From contig CAYYEH010000005.1 in the NCBI GenBank assembly GCA_964470815.1, positions 6,073-70,072 of the forward strand: 64,000 nucleotides of DNA. The letters are read 5' to 3'. Shown here piece after piece: positions 26,526 through 35,778 of the stretch. Numbering within the stretch: position 1 is the stretch's first letter; each line of letters starts with the position of its first letter. Under the pieces are notes generated by a model. That model saw nothing but the letters and a program-made list of their open reading frames with translations, was not told where the DNA came from and did no database searches. Position numbers and translations under genes: made by a program. This stretch comes from an uncultured Rikenella sp. Its GTDB lineage: Bacteria; Bacteroidota; Bacteroidia; Bacteroidales; VadinHA17.

Positions 26526-28424
26526 TTATCTGATAGTAAATTCCTTTTCAGGGAGTATTCCCCCTCTTGTGGTTATTACGGTAGCCCTGCCTTTCAGTTC
26601 GCCCCCGCCATAAACCCGTATGATGAAATGAGCCTCGGCTGTGGCACCGCCGGAGGTATAACCCACTGAGGCTGATATATACTCAGGCTCCCTGGCCTCC
26701 TCTTCAAAAAACATCATGCTGCCTCGCCTGGGGGCCGGTGGCGCCGGTTCGATGATACGGTAGTGTGGCATATCCCCGCTCCTGGTTTCAAATTTTATCC
26801 TGACCTGATCAGGCCTGACGATCTTGACAAGATGGGCCTGGCTGAGAGCAGTGGGCAGCTTGCCTGCATTCCTGAACCTGATGGTGAGGTCATAATCAGT
26901 TGAGTCACCACGGTGCCTCTTTATGCGCTTTACAGAATACTCTTCCCACTCAAGCCTGGGAAGGTGTTTTATAAGCTCCATGTTGAACAGGGCCTGGTTG
27001 GAAGCCCACTTTTCAAGATGGGCGGGAGGGGGATTCTGACTGAAAAATTTCGGGTGAAATCCCCCGGCCTCAACGCTGTCATGAACGGGATGGCTTACCG
27101 CTTTCCACTCATGGAATCCCTCTCCGCCATTTTCCTCATCATCCCAGGCCAGCATATCAATCTGGTCCTTGTCGCCGTCACCGTCATAATCCTTGTACCG
27201 GCCTCCGTTCCAGAGCTCGTCTCCATACCATATCGCACCGTAGTACCAGTACCCGAAATCGGGTCCGTGGCCGAACAGTGGCTGTCCGCTTCCGTAATCA
27301 TTGTATACGTCGCCGGCTCTCTCATAACCGGTTATCTTCCCGGCAAGGTCATCAAAGTAAATGTACCACTTCAGGTCTTCCGGGTACATTCTCTCCTCTG
27401 AGGGTGATGTTGAAGGGGGGCGCAGATGCATCGGAACGGTGGTGTCCATCGAGTTGACAACATATATGTTCGGGTGTGTCATCAGGAATGTAAACACAGC
27501 CCTGGTCTCCGGCTCGCTGAGGGGGTAGGCTCCGGCGCCCCTCTGGGTGAAGCCCCTGCCTGTCAGTTCACGCTCCGGCCTCCAGTTTTCAGGGTAGTTG
27601 CGGTGCAGGTCAAGGCCACCTATCCCATCCTCGTTGATACGGCCGTCACCGTCATTGTCTATTCCCTCGGAAGATGTGGCATAGATCCCTTCACCCCGGG
27701 GGACCCTTTTCATTATCCGTCGTGACGGGTCTGCCGGGTCGGGGATCAGGGTGCCGTTTTTCCTGTCAGGCCACCGTAATGTAAGTATTATGCCATCACC
27801 GTCAATATCTTCAGGCGGATCTTCGTCAAAAAGACCGTCGGAGTCATTGTCATCAGGCCTGACAGTACTGCGGTTGCTCTGGGCTGTATTGAGGTACAGC
27901 TCATGGCCGTCAGGATTATTGACCGGTCTGAGGTAAACGGTGAAGTGGTCAAGAAGGTCTGTAATTGCCGGATCGGTGCCGTAACCTTCAATAAGGTGCC
28001 TGGCCAGCCACAGGACAGATTCCGCGCCGGTTATCTCGCCGCTGTGCCTGTTCCCCTCAAAAAATGCGGCCGGCTTGTCAGTATCTGACCCGTTTTTGCC
28101 GCTGGTGAGGGTCATCTGCATTATTGGCCTTCCTTCATAGCTTCGGGCAATCTCATAAAGAGAAACAATCTCCGGATGCTCCCCGGCCCATCTCTCCATC
28201 CAGTAACAGATTACGCTGTATGAGTGGTACCTGTCAAAAGTAAGGGTATCACCGGGCAAATACTCCACACACGGGTGATTTACACGCGGGAAGAAACTCA
28301 CTCCGTGCCTGGTGCCGCCAACGGTGAAGAGAGATGAATCCGGTGCTGTTGCATTTTGAGCTGATAGACATTGTGAAACAGCTATGAATAAAGCTGCAAG
28401 GAATGCTCCGGCGATTCTTTTCAT
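26526..28424 (-). CDS. Secreted M14 family zinc carboxypeptidase with Asp-rich Ca-binding-like inserts
   Basis: Sec signal MKRIAGAFLAALFIAVSQCLSAQ and zinc motif NRHSGEITG. Asp-rich inserts are DDNDSDGLFDEDPPEDIDGDG, IDNDGDGRINEDGIGGLD and KDYDGDGDKDQID. Confidence 0.8.
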   Translation of the reverse strand: MKRIAGAFLAALFIAVSQCLSAQNATAPDSSLFTVGGTRHGVSFFPRVNHPCVEYLPGDTLTFDRYHSYSVICYWMERWAGEHPEIVSLYEIARSYEGRPIMQMTLTSGKNGSDTDKPAAFFEGNRHSGEITGAESVLWLARHLIEGYGTDPAITDLLDHFTVYLRPVNNPDGHELYLNTAQSNRSTVRPDDNDSDGLFDEDPPEDIDGDGIILTLRWPDRKNGTLIPDPADPSRRIMKRVPRGEGIYATSSEGIDNDGDGRINEDGIGGLDLHRNYPENWRPERELTGRGFTQRGAGAYPLSEPETRAVFTFLMTHPNIYVVNSMDTTVPMHLRPPSTSPSEERMYPEDLKWYIYFDDLAGKITGYERAGDVYNDYGSGQPLFGHGPDFGYWYYGAIWYGDELWNGGRYKDYDGDGDKDQIDMLAWDDEENGGEGFHEWKAVSHPVHDSVEAGGFHPKFFSQNPPPAHLEKWASNQALFNMELIKHLPRLEWEEYSVKRIKRHRGDSTDYDLTIRFRNAGKLPTALSQAHLVKIVRPDQVRIKFETRSGDMPHYRIIEPAPPAPRRGSMMFFEEEAREPEYISASVGYTSGGATAEAHFIIRVYGGGELKGRATVITTRGGILPEKEFTIR

Positions 28425-28481
28425 GGCAGAAATGGTAATAATTAAAAAAACGGAATCAAGTTAATGATTTTGGCTTAATAA

Positions 28482-29189
28482 TCAGCCCCGCCTGGAAATC
28501 ACTTCAAGTTTATTCATATCGGTAATCTCAATCGTGCGGCCGGTTGTTTTAATGATACCGTCACGCCTGAATTCGGAGAATGTGCGTATCACGTTGGCGG
28601 AACTCATACTGATCAGGTCAGCTATCTCCTTCCTTGAGACAGGGAGTTCAAAGATCCTGGAATGGTATATTTCGCCGGCGAAATAGAGCAGTACAAAGGC
28701 AATCCTGCCGGCCAGGTTCCTTTTCCTGATCTCCAGGCTCAGGCTGATAATGTTTTCGGATGTCTTCGAGAGTGCAGCAATGAGCTTCAGGGCAAAACTG
28801 CCATTGTTAAGTATCAGGTTTTTGATCAGGTCGATTTTTATACAGCATACCACTGAATCTTCAAGGGCAGAAAGTGAATACCTGTATTTCTCCTCGTGGA
28901 ATGCATTAATGTTGCTGACAAATTCATAGGGCCTTGTGATGGTAATTATCTGCTCATCTCCCTCTCCGGTTACCCTGTAGAGTTTCACCAGGCCTGTCTT
29001 CAGGTACTTGAAGTCACGGATCGGTTCTCCCTCGCCGTGAATGACTTCACCCTTTGAATATGAGATCTCATCCTTTGTATCACATACCTGCCTGATATCC
29101 TCCTCATCCAGGTTTGAAAACACCAGGTCTCTCAGTTCACATGAGAGACAGCTGCATTTTCTTTTCTGAATATTTGTTACGACAGCCAT
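28482..29189 (-). CDS. Crp/Fnr family transcriptional regulator with N-terminal Cys cluster
   Basis: cNMP-binding-like beta-roll plus the C-terminal HTH RKEIADLISMSSANVIRTFSEFRRDG. The N-terminus has C12-x-C14-x2-C17. Confidence 0.85.
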   Translation of the reverse strand: MAVVTNIQKRKCSCLSCELRDLVFSNLDEEDIRQVCDTKDEISYSKGEVIHGEGEPIRDFKYLKTGLVKLYRVTGEGDEQIITITRPYEFVSNINAFHEEKYRYSLSALEDSVVCCIKIDLIKNLILNNGSFALKLIAALSKTSENIISLSLEIRKRNLAGRIAFVLLYFAGEIYHSRIFELPVSRKEIADLISMSSANVIRTFSEFRRDGIIKTTGRTIEITDMNKLEVISRRG

Positions 29190-29258
29190 GAATCTTACAA
29201 AATTAGAACAATCCGCGGAATTATTCGTTCACCTTTCATATTTTTGACAATAGCGACA

Positions 29259-30059
29259 ATGGACCGGGAAAAAATGTTTTACGGCACGGATTATCATATT
29301 CATACAAGGTACAGTGACGGGAAGAGGGATCCGGAGGCATATATTGATGCTGCACTCAGGCTCGGGCTGAAGGAGATCGGTTTTTCAGACCATCTGAATC
29401 CGTCAGGAGGTGACACCGACTGGTGCATGGATCATTCCAGGCTTCCGGCCTATGCAGATCACATTTTGAGGTTAAGGAGGGAAAACAAGGATATTGCCAT
29501 CAGGCTCGGACTCGAAATAGATTATCTGCCCGGAAAGGAAAAGGAGACAGAACGGATAATCAATTCATTCCCTTTTGACTTCATAATCGGATCTGTTCAT
29601 TACCTGGGGCAGGAGACTGTAGACCTGGGACCCGGGTTCTACATCGGCAAGGACATTGATCTCATTTACGAAAACTATTTCAACCTGGTATGTGAAGCTG
29701 CATCCACCGGCTTCTTTGATATAATGGGGCATCCTGACCTTGTGCGAATCCACCGCTTCAGGCCGGAGGCAGACATCACCCATCTCTACAGCATGATGGC
29801 TTCTGCGTTCGAAATATATGATGTCGCCTTTGAGCTCAACACCAACGGCCGGAACAAGCCATTGCAGGACTTTTACCCTGACAGGCAGTATCTTTCACTT
29901 TTTGCTGAACACGGGGTGCCGGTTTGTGTCAATTCAGACGCACATTTTCCCGAAAGGGTCGGGCAGTATTTCAATGACGCATATGATCTACTCAAGAGGG
30001 CGGGATACAGGGAGATGGCTGCTTTTTCGGGCCGTGAAAGGTATCTGATCCCGTTCTGA
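29259..30059 (+). CDS. HisJ-family histidinol-phosphatase-like PHP domain protein
   Basis: DYHIHTRYSDG, GFSDH, GSVHY, MGHPD, and NSDAH metal-ligand motifs. ATG 29259 is preferred over TTG 29244. Confidence 0.8.
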   Translation: MDREKMFYGTDYHIHTRYSDGKRDPEAYIDAALRLGLKEIGFSDHLNPSGGDTDWCMDHSRLPAYADHILRLRRENKDIAIRLGLEIDYLPGKEKETERIINSFPFDFIIGSVHYLGQETVDLGPGFYIGKDIDLIYENYFNLVCEAASTGFFDIMGHPDLVRIHRFRPEADITHLYSMMASAFEIYDVAFELNTNGRNKPLQDFYPDRQYLSLFAEHGVPVCVNSDAHFPERVGQYFNDAYDLLKRAGYREMAAFSGRERYLIPF

Positions 30060-30128
30060 ATCTGGTGTACCTGACACGGGGGAAAAATGCTCCGGTGATG
30101 AGAGTTGCCAGGGAAGTTTTGAGTCAAT

Positions 30129-30695
30129 TTATGCCGCAGCCATCAGGTGTTCCGCGAGTATTCGGATTCCTATGGCTGCAAGTATTATACCCCCTAGTAT
30201 CTCAACTTTTGAACCGAGGCGGCTGCCGGCGGACTTGCCTATACGGATTGCCGTCATTGATGCAAGGAAGGTGACGGCTCCTATTATCAGGCCGGCGCTC
30301 CATATCTCAAGCTTCAGCAGGGCAAAGCTGATCCCCACCGCAAAAGCGTCAATGCTTGTGCCTACCGCCATTGTAAGAAGCACTGTCCAGCGGCTAATGT
30401 CAACAGGTTGACGGTCAGTCTCCCCCTTCAAACCCCCGATGATCATCCTTACACCCAGTATCATCAGCAGAATGAAGGCCACCCAATGGTCAAACATCTC
30501 AATATGGCCTGCGACCGTTGATCCGAGGAAGAAACCCAGGACCGTCAGCCCGCCCTGAAAAAGGGCAAGTATAAAGGCAATGCGCATGGCACTCCTGAAC
30601 TTTATTCTCGATTCAATCACCCCGCATGAGAGCGAAACGGCGAAGCTGTCGAATGAAAGTCCAAGTGCTACTCCAATGATAGTTATCAGATCCAT
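30129..30695 (-). CDS. mntP: Manganese efflux pump MntP
   Basis: MDLITIIGVALGLSFDSFAVSLSCG and a second half with SIDAFAVGISF (duplicated DUF204 repeats). ATG 30695 is preferred over TTG 30713. Confidence 0.85.
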   Translation of the reverse strand: MDLITIIGVALGLSFDSFAVSLSCGVIESRIKFRSAMRIAFILALFQGGLTVLGFFLGSTVAGHIEMFDHWVAFILLMILGVRMIIGGLKGETDRQPVDISRWTVLLTMAVGTSIDAFAVGISFALLKLEIWSAGLIIGAVTFLASMTAIRIGKSAGSRLGSKVEILGGIILAAIGIRILAEHLMAAA

Positions 30696-30754
30696 CTGTT
30701 TCGGATGGCCCAAAAATAGTAATAATTGCTATTTTTACCATCCTGTTTCACGGC

Positions 30755-31207
30755 ATGAGAATAGTTGTACAGAGAGTGAAAAGAGCCTCCGTCATCATCG
30801 GCGGGAAGGTGCATTCAACAATCGGAAAGGGTCTGCTGGTACTTGCTGGCATTGAGGAGGCAGACTCATCAGATGACGTCACCTGGCTGGCATCCAAGGT
30901 TGTGAACCTCCGGCTCTTCGATGACAGTAACGGCGTAATGAATCTTGCTGCCGTTGAAACCGGCAGCGGGATAATGATTGTCAGCCAGTTCACGCTTCAT
31001 GCCTCCACCAAAAAGGGGAACAGGCCCTCATACATCAGGGCCGCCAGGCCTGAAAAGGCAATCCCTCTCTACGAGGAGTTCATCTCACGCACCGGGGAGT
31101 TGCTTGGGAGTATGCCGGCAACCGGTATCTTCGGGTCGATGATGGATATTGAACTGGTGAATGACGGGCCGGTAACAATCATAATTGACAGCAGGAACAG
31201 GGAATGA
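30755..31207 (+). CDS. dtd: D-aminoacyl-tRNA deacylase
   Basis: MRIVVQRVKRASV..., SQFTLHAST.KG.RPS, and DGPVTIIID. Confidence 0.9.
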   Translation: MRIVVQRVKRASVIIGGKVHSTIGKGLLVLAGIEEADSSDDVTWLASKVVNLRLFDDSNGVMNLAAVETGSGIMIVSQFTLHASTKKGNRPSYIRAARPEKAIPLYEEFISRTGELLGSMPATGIFGSMMDIELVNDGPVTIIIDSRNRE

Positions 31208-32580
31208 GCGAGAATGAGCTTAAACGGTCAGTGCTGACGGTCACGGCTTTCGCCTCCTTTCTGACTCCGTTCATGGGTTCCGCGGTAAACCTGGCCCTGC
31301 CATCCATCGGGGAAGAATTCAACCTTAATGCCGTCACCCTCAACTGGATCATCAGCAGCTACATGCTTACCACCTCGATGCTGTTGCTTCCAGCCGGGAG
31401 GATAGGAGACATACTGGGCCGGAGGAAGATATTTACGGCAGGACTCGTGATCTTCACCCTTTCCATGGTACTGCTCACTTTCACACCCGGCATAAAATGG
31501 CTTATTGGAACCAGGATCCTGCAGGGTATAGGGGGTGCGATGATGTTCGGAACCAACATGGCCATCCTGACGTCCGTATTCCCCCCGGGGGAGAGGGGCC
31601 GGGCAATGGGCATCAACGTCACAGCAGTATATGTCGGCCTTGCCTCAGGGCCATTCCTGGGAGGGTTGCTGACCCGTTACCTGGGATGGAGAAGCATCTT
31701 TGCCTTCCTTATACCTATGGGGATTATCAGCCTGATCCTTATCCGCGCCAAAATGAAGCGTGAATGGGCTGATGCCAGGGGTGAAAGCTTTGACTGGGCA
31801 GGTGCCCTGATATATGGCCTGTCAATGGCGGCACTCATGTATGGCTTCTCAAAGCTGCCTTCCCTGCCGGGATGGATTATAACCGGGGCCGGCCTGCTGC
31901 TCATGCCCCTGTTTGTCTTCAGGGAGAAAAAAGCATTGTATCCGCTGTTTGACATGACCCTGATCTCAAAAAACAGGGTATTTGCATTCTCGAGCCTTGC
32001 AGCTCTGATTCATTACGCCGCCACCAGCGCCATCGGCTTCTTCCTGAGCCTCTTCCTCCAGTATATCAAGGACCTGGGGCCGCGCGATGCAGGATTCGTC
32101 CTCATGTCATGGCCACTGACAATGGCACTTATCTCAACGGCTGCAGGAAAACTTTCCGACAGACATAACCCGGGAATCCTCGCCTCCACAGGAATGGCAG
32201 TCACTTCCTTGGGACTGATAATACTATGTTTCCTCACCGAACAGACCCCGGTATGGCTTATCGTGGGAGTACTTATCATCATGGGAGCCGGATTCTCCCT
32301 TTTCTCTTCGCCGAATTCTAATGCCATCATGAGCTCGGTTGAAAAGAGGCAGCTGGGAAATGCCTCCGGAATGCTCGGCACAATGAGAAATGTGGGACAG
32401 ACATTAAGCATGGCTATAGCTCTTATGCTCCTTGCCCTCTATATGGGACAGGAAAAAATCAACCCCGGAAACTACCTGCAGCTGATGAATTCAATGAAAA
32501 GCGGGTTCGTTGTCTTCTCTATCCTTTGCTTTGCAGGAATCTTCGCCTCGCTGGCAAGAAACAAAAGCCTTCGTAAATAG
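31204..32580 (+). CDS. MFS transporter (14-TMS drug:H+ antiporter-like)
   Basis: 458 aa, highly hydrophobic, with the GRIGDILGRRK MFS motif. It has a 4-nt overlap with dtd. Confidence 0.8.
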   Translation: MSENELKRSVLTVTAFASFLTPFMGSAVNLALPSIGEEFNLNAVTLNWIISSYMLTTSMLLLPAGRIGDILGRRKIFTAGLVIFTLSMVLLTFTPGIKWLIGTRILQGIGGAMMFGTNMAILTSVFPPGERGRAMGINVTAVYVGLASGPFLGGLLTRYLGWRSIFAFLIPMGIISLILIRAKMKREWADARGESFDWAGALIYGLSMAALMYGFSKLPSLPGWIITGAGLLLMPLFVFREKKALYPLFDMTLISKNRVFAFSSLAALIHYAATSAIGFFLSLFLQYIKDLGPRDAGFVLMSWPLTMALISTAAGKLSDRHNPGILASTGMAVTSLGLIILCFLTEQTPVWLIVGVLIIMGAGFSLFSSPNSNAIMSSVEKRQLGNASGMLGTMRNVGQTLSMAIALMLLALYMGQEKINPGNYLQLMNSMKSGFVVFSILCFAGIFASLARNKSLRK

Positions 32581-32769
32581 ACAGGATGGCATTCGCTTCA
32601 ATCCTTTACTGATTTTCCCGGATTACCGTTCGAACCTAATCCGGACGAAAATGTACAATCATACCCATTTGTGAGTTCATGTTCATGCAAGTTTCATTAA
32701 AAACAATTAAATTGACCCGCGTTTGCCGGAGGGCAAACTGCTTATGGCTGTCAATACATAATACACATT

Positions 32770-33642
32770 ATGAGTAAATTATATAAAAAACTTCTGAATC
32801 ACGACTACTCTCCCGGCGAGATGGGTGAATGCATTGCTGAGGCGAAAAAGTTGCCCGGCGCGGTTGAGAGGGGCCCGCTGCTGAAGGAGATCTTTTCATG
32901 CATTGACCTTACAAGCCTCAATACTTCTGACAGTTCGGGAACTATCCTGAGTTTTGCGGAACGGACTGCCCGGTTCAGCTACAGTTTCAGCGATATCAGC
33001 AATGTTGCGGCATTGTGCGTATACCCCAACTACGTGAAAGTGGCACGTGAGGGCCTTGGAAACAGCGGGGTCAGGCTTGCAGTGGTTGCAGCTTCATTTC
33101 CTACAGCACAGACCTTCACCGAGGTTAAGATTATGGAGACCTCCATGGCCGTCAGGATGGGCGCCGATGAAATAGACGTGGTCATACCCGTAGGCACATT
33201 CCTCGAGGGGGCCCTTGATACTGTTATTGATGAACTGAAGGAGATAAGGGAAGCAGCTGGAGATACAACCCTTAAAGTGATCCTGGAGACCGGATTGCTT
33301 AAGGATGAGAGAAGCATATACAGGGCTTCAATAATAGCAATGGAATCCGGGGCTGATTTTATCAAGACTTCCACAGGAAAGAGCACGGTATCAGCCACCC
33401 CCGAGGCCGCCTGGGTGATGTGCCGGGCAATACGGGACTATTACAATGAGACCGGCATCATGATCGGGTTCAAGCCTGCCGGAGGAATAGTAACTCCTGA
33501 CGAAGCCCTGGTTTACTACTTCATCGTACAGAACATGCTCGGAAAGAAATGGCTCACACCCGAATATTTCAGGATAGGAGCCTCCCGCCTTGCAAACAAT
33601 ATCCTTTCGGAACTCTTCCCGGGAAAACCGGCTTACTTTTAG
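32770..33642 (+). CDS. deoC: Deoxyribose-phosphate aldolase
   Basis: GADEIDVVIP, KVILETGLL, and FIKTSTGK (Schiff-base Lys context). Confidence 0.85.
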   Translation: MSKLYKKLLNHDYSPGEMGECIAEAKKLPGAVERGPLLKEIFSCIDLTSLNTSDSSGTILSFAERTARFSYSFSDISNVAALCVYPNYVKVAREGLGNSGVRLAVVAASFPTAQTFTEVKIMETSMAVRMGADEIDVVIPVGTFLEGALDTVIDELKEIREAAGDTTLKVILETGLLKDERSIYRASIIAMESGADFIKTSTGKSTVSATPEAAWVMCRAIRDYYNETGIMIGFKPAGGIVTPDEALVYYFIVQNMLGKKWLTPEYFRIGASRLANNILSELFPGKPAYF

Positions 33643-33650
33643 CATCAGTA

Positions 33651-34508
33651 ATGACAATCGCTCAAGGCGATACGATAAGTGTTGCTGCTGATACACTCAA
33701 CCTGCAGTCAGGACAATCCGAGTTCAGCATAGGACAGATCATACCCGTCATCCCTGATACAGAGGGTATGAACCGGGATGAACTGGTTATCTCCGCCACC
33801 CGGAAAGATTTTCTTTCAGGCCTCAGGCGCATTGACGGGAATCCCCGGCCTCAGGAACTGGTTAATGGCGACCTGGGGTTCATCCTTCTCTCGGTCTCAT
33901 TGCTTATCATCACCCTGCTGACAGTCTTCGGCCGAAAAAGCATTGTTGCAGGCCTCGCTTCAATAAGCTTCCGCAGGAAGGAAGAGGCCACCCCTCCCGG
34001 AACCTCGGAAGTGTTTTCCTGGCCTCCCCTGCTGAGAAACCTGTTTACCATCATCAACATAAGCCTGTTTGCAACTGTTTCACTCCTTTCAACCGGAATC
34101 ACCGGAATAAATCTCCCGGGAGGCTCAGCGGGGCTGACAGCCATACTGGCAGGGTCATTCCTCGCAGCCCTGCTTGCCAGGCATCTCACAAGTATTCTGC
34201 TTGCCGCCATCACCGGGCTGAAAAATCCGTTCCGCGAATACATGAATGTTATATACAATTCCTGGTTCGCCTGTTCAGCAATCCTTTTCATTTTGAGCGG
34301 AATCATCCTTTTTGCTCCGGTTAACAATACCCTTCCGTTTATTATCACTGGCCTTATTGTTACATGCATATTTCTGTTAATCAGAGCCTTAAGACTACTG
34401 TCAATTTTTAACGACAGGCATATATCAATATTTTATTTCCTTTTGTACCTTTGTGCCCTTGAAGTCCTGCCCGTTCTGGTCATTCTGAGGATACTGGGTA
34501 TTATATGA
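33651..34508 (+). CDS. Multi-pass membrane protein, DUF4271-like
   Basis: It has about six predicted TM helices. ATG 33651 lies 9 nt after the deoC stop (the track start 33549 would overlap deoC). Its position directly upstream of the hemD-like gene is the conserved Bacteroidota arrangement as I recall it. Confidence 0.55.
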   Translation: MTIAQGDTISVAADTLNLQSGQSEFSIGQIIPVIPDTEGMNRDELVISATRKDFLSGLRRIDGNPRPQELVNGDLGFILLSVSLLIITLLTVFGRKSIVAGLASISFRRKEEATPPGTSEVFSWPPLLRNLFTIINISLFATVSLLSTGITGINLPGGSAGLTAILAGSFLAALLARHLTSILLAAITGLKNPFREYMNVIYNSWFACSAILFILSGIILFAPVNNTLPFIITGLIVTCIFLLIRALRLLSIFNDRHISIFYFLLYLCALEVLPVLVILRILGII

Positions 34509-34544
34509 CCGTCGGCCGGGAAGTGGAGGTTGAACTAAAAACTT

Positions 34545-35300
34545 ATGGCTTTGAAAATAAGGAAGGTATTAGTGTCGCAGCCTGAGCCAAACAATCCGAA
34601 ATCACCATATTTCGAGCTCGCAAAAAAATACAATCTGAAAATCGACTTCAAACAGTTTATTCAGATTGAGGGTATACCAGCAAAGGACTTCAGGCAACAG
34701 AAGATCAACCTTGCAGATTTCACGGCAATCATCTTTACCTCAAAAACTTCAATAGACCATTATTTCAGAATTTGTGAGGAGATGAGAATCGTTGTCCCTG
34801 ACACGATGAAGTATTTCTGCATAACCGAGAACGTGGCTTTCTATCTGCAGAAATACATCGTTTACCGGAAACGAAAGATATTCCACGGCAAAGCTAATTT
34901 TGAAGACCTCATTGACGTGATTATCAAGCACAAGGAGGAAAACTTCTTTGTGCCTCTGTCTGACCCTCATAAGTCCGACATTCCGGATCTCCTCAAAAAC
35001 CATAAGATAAGGCATACCATTGGTACCATGTACCGTACCATAAGCAGGGATTTTGATACCAAGGAACTCGATTACGACCTTCTTGTCTTCTTCAGCCCTT
35101 CAGGGATAAAATCACTCAAGGAAAACTTTCCTTCTTTCATACAGGGCGAGGTGAAAATTGCCGCTTTCGGTCCAACCACGGCAGAAGCTGTCACCAATGA
35201 AGGATTCAGGCTTGACCTCCAGGCTCCCAATCCCAAAGCTCCTTCAATGACCATGGCTCTTGACAACTTCCTGAAAGAGTATAACAAGAACAACAAATAA
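34545..35300 (+). CDS. hemD: Uroporphyrinogen-III synthase (HemD-like)
   Basis: KVLVSQPEPNNPKSPYFELAKKYNLKIDFKQFIQIEGI...IFTSKTSIDHYF matches the Bacteroidota HemD-like family. Confidence 0.7.
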   Translation: MALKIRKVLVSQPEPNNPKSPYFELAKKYNLKIDFKQFIQIEGIPAKDFRQQKINLADFTAIIFTSKTSIDHYFRICEEMRIVVPDTMKYFCITENVAFYLQKYIVYRKRKIFHGKANFEDLIDVIIKHKEENFFVPLSDPHKSDIPDLLKNHKIRHTIGTMYRTISRDFDTKELDYDLLVFFSPSGIKSLKENFPSFIQGEVKIAAFGPTTAEAVTNEGFRLDLQAPNPKAPSMTMALDNFLKEYNKNNK

Positions 35301-35366
35301 CGGCCTAAAGCCAAAACCGATGAACTGAAGCATCCTTCCCTCCGGATCGATGCTTTCTCTTTCCCC

Positions 35367-35759
35367 ATGAAAAAAAGGGCGGCATCATTCAAAAAAAGTG
35401 AAAGACTCTGCAGTGTGAAAGCCATCAGCGAACTCTTTGCCGAAGGCCGTACCATCAACATATCATCACTCAGGATCTTGTACCGTATCAGGCCCGTCAC
35501 CGGCGGAGTGATGCCCGTAAGGGTGCTGATAACGGTTCCCCGGCGTCATTTCAAGAAAGCCGTTGACCGCAACCTGATGAGGAGGAGGCTACGGGAAGCA
35601 TGGAGGAAAAACAAGGAGCCGCTCTTCGCCCTCATGAAGGAAAAAGGTCGCACAGCTGATATTGCATTAATCTGGACAGATATTATGATCAGGCCGTATG
35701 ATTACACCGAAAAATGTATTAAGGAAGCAATTGCGAGGGTGTCAGGGCTTAAATATTAA
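35367..35759 (+). CDS. rnpA: Ribonuclease P protein component
   Basis: Basic 130-aa protein with FKKSERLCSVKAISELF and NLMRRRLREAWR (RNR-like motif). Confidence 0.8.
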   Translation: MKKRAASFKKSERLCSVKAISELFAEGRTINISSLRILYRIRPVTGGVMPVRVLITVPRRHFKKAVDRNLMRRRLREAWRKNKEPLFALMKEKGRTADIALIWTDIMIRPYDYTEKCIKEAIARVSGLKY

Positions 35760-35778
35760 CTTTGTGAAAATTTTGTTT

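Noticed and set aside
30696-30754. yybP-ykoY manganese riboswitch upstream of mntP.
   Set aside because: Only 59 nt separate mntP from the divergent dtd start. That is too short for the ~100-nt four-helix element, and no conserved motifs were seen.
32618-32644. tRNA-like GTTCGAACC string within the hairpin CCGGATTA-N11-TAATCCGG downstream of the MFS gene.
   Set aside because: No acceptor, D or anticodon arms can be built around it. It is possibly a weak terminator hairpin, but no T-tract follows, so it is not called.
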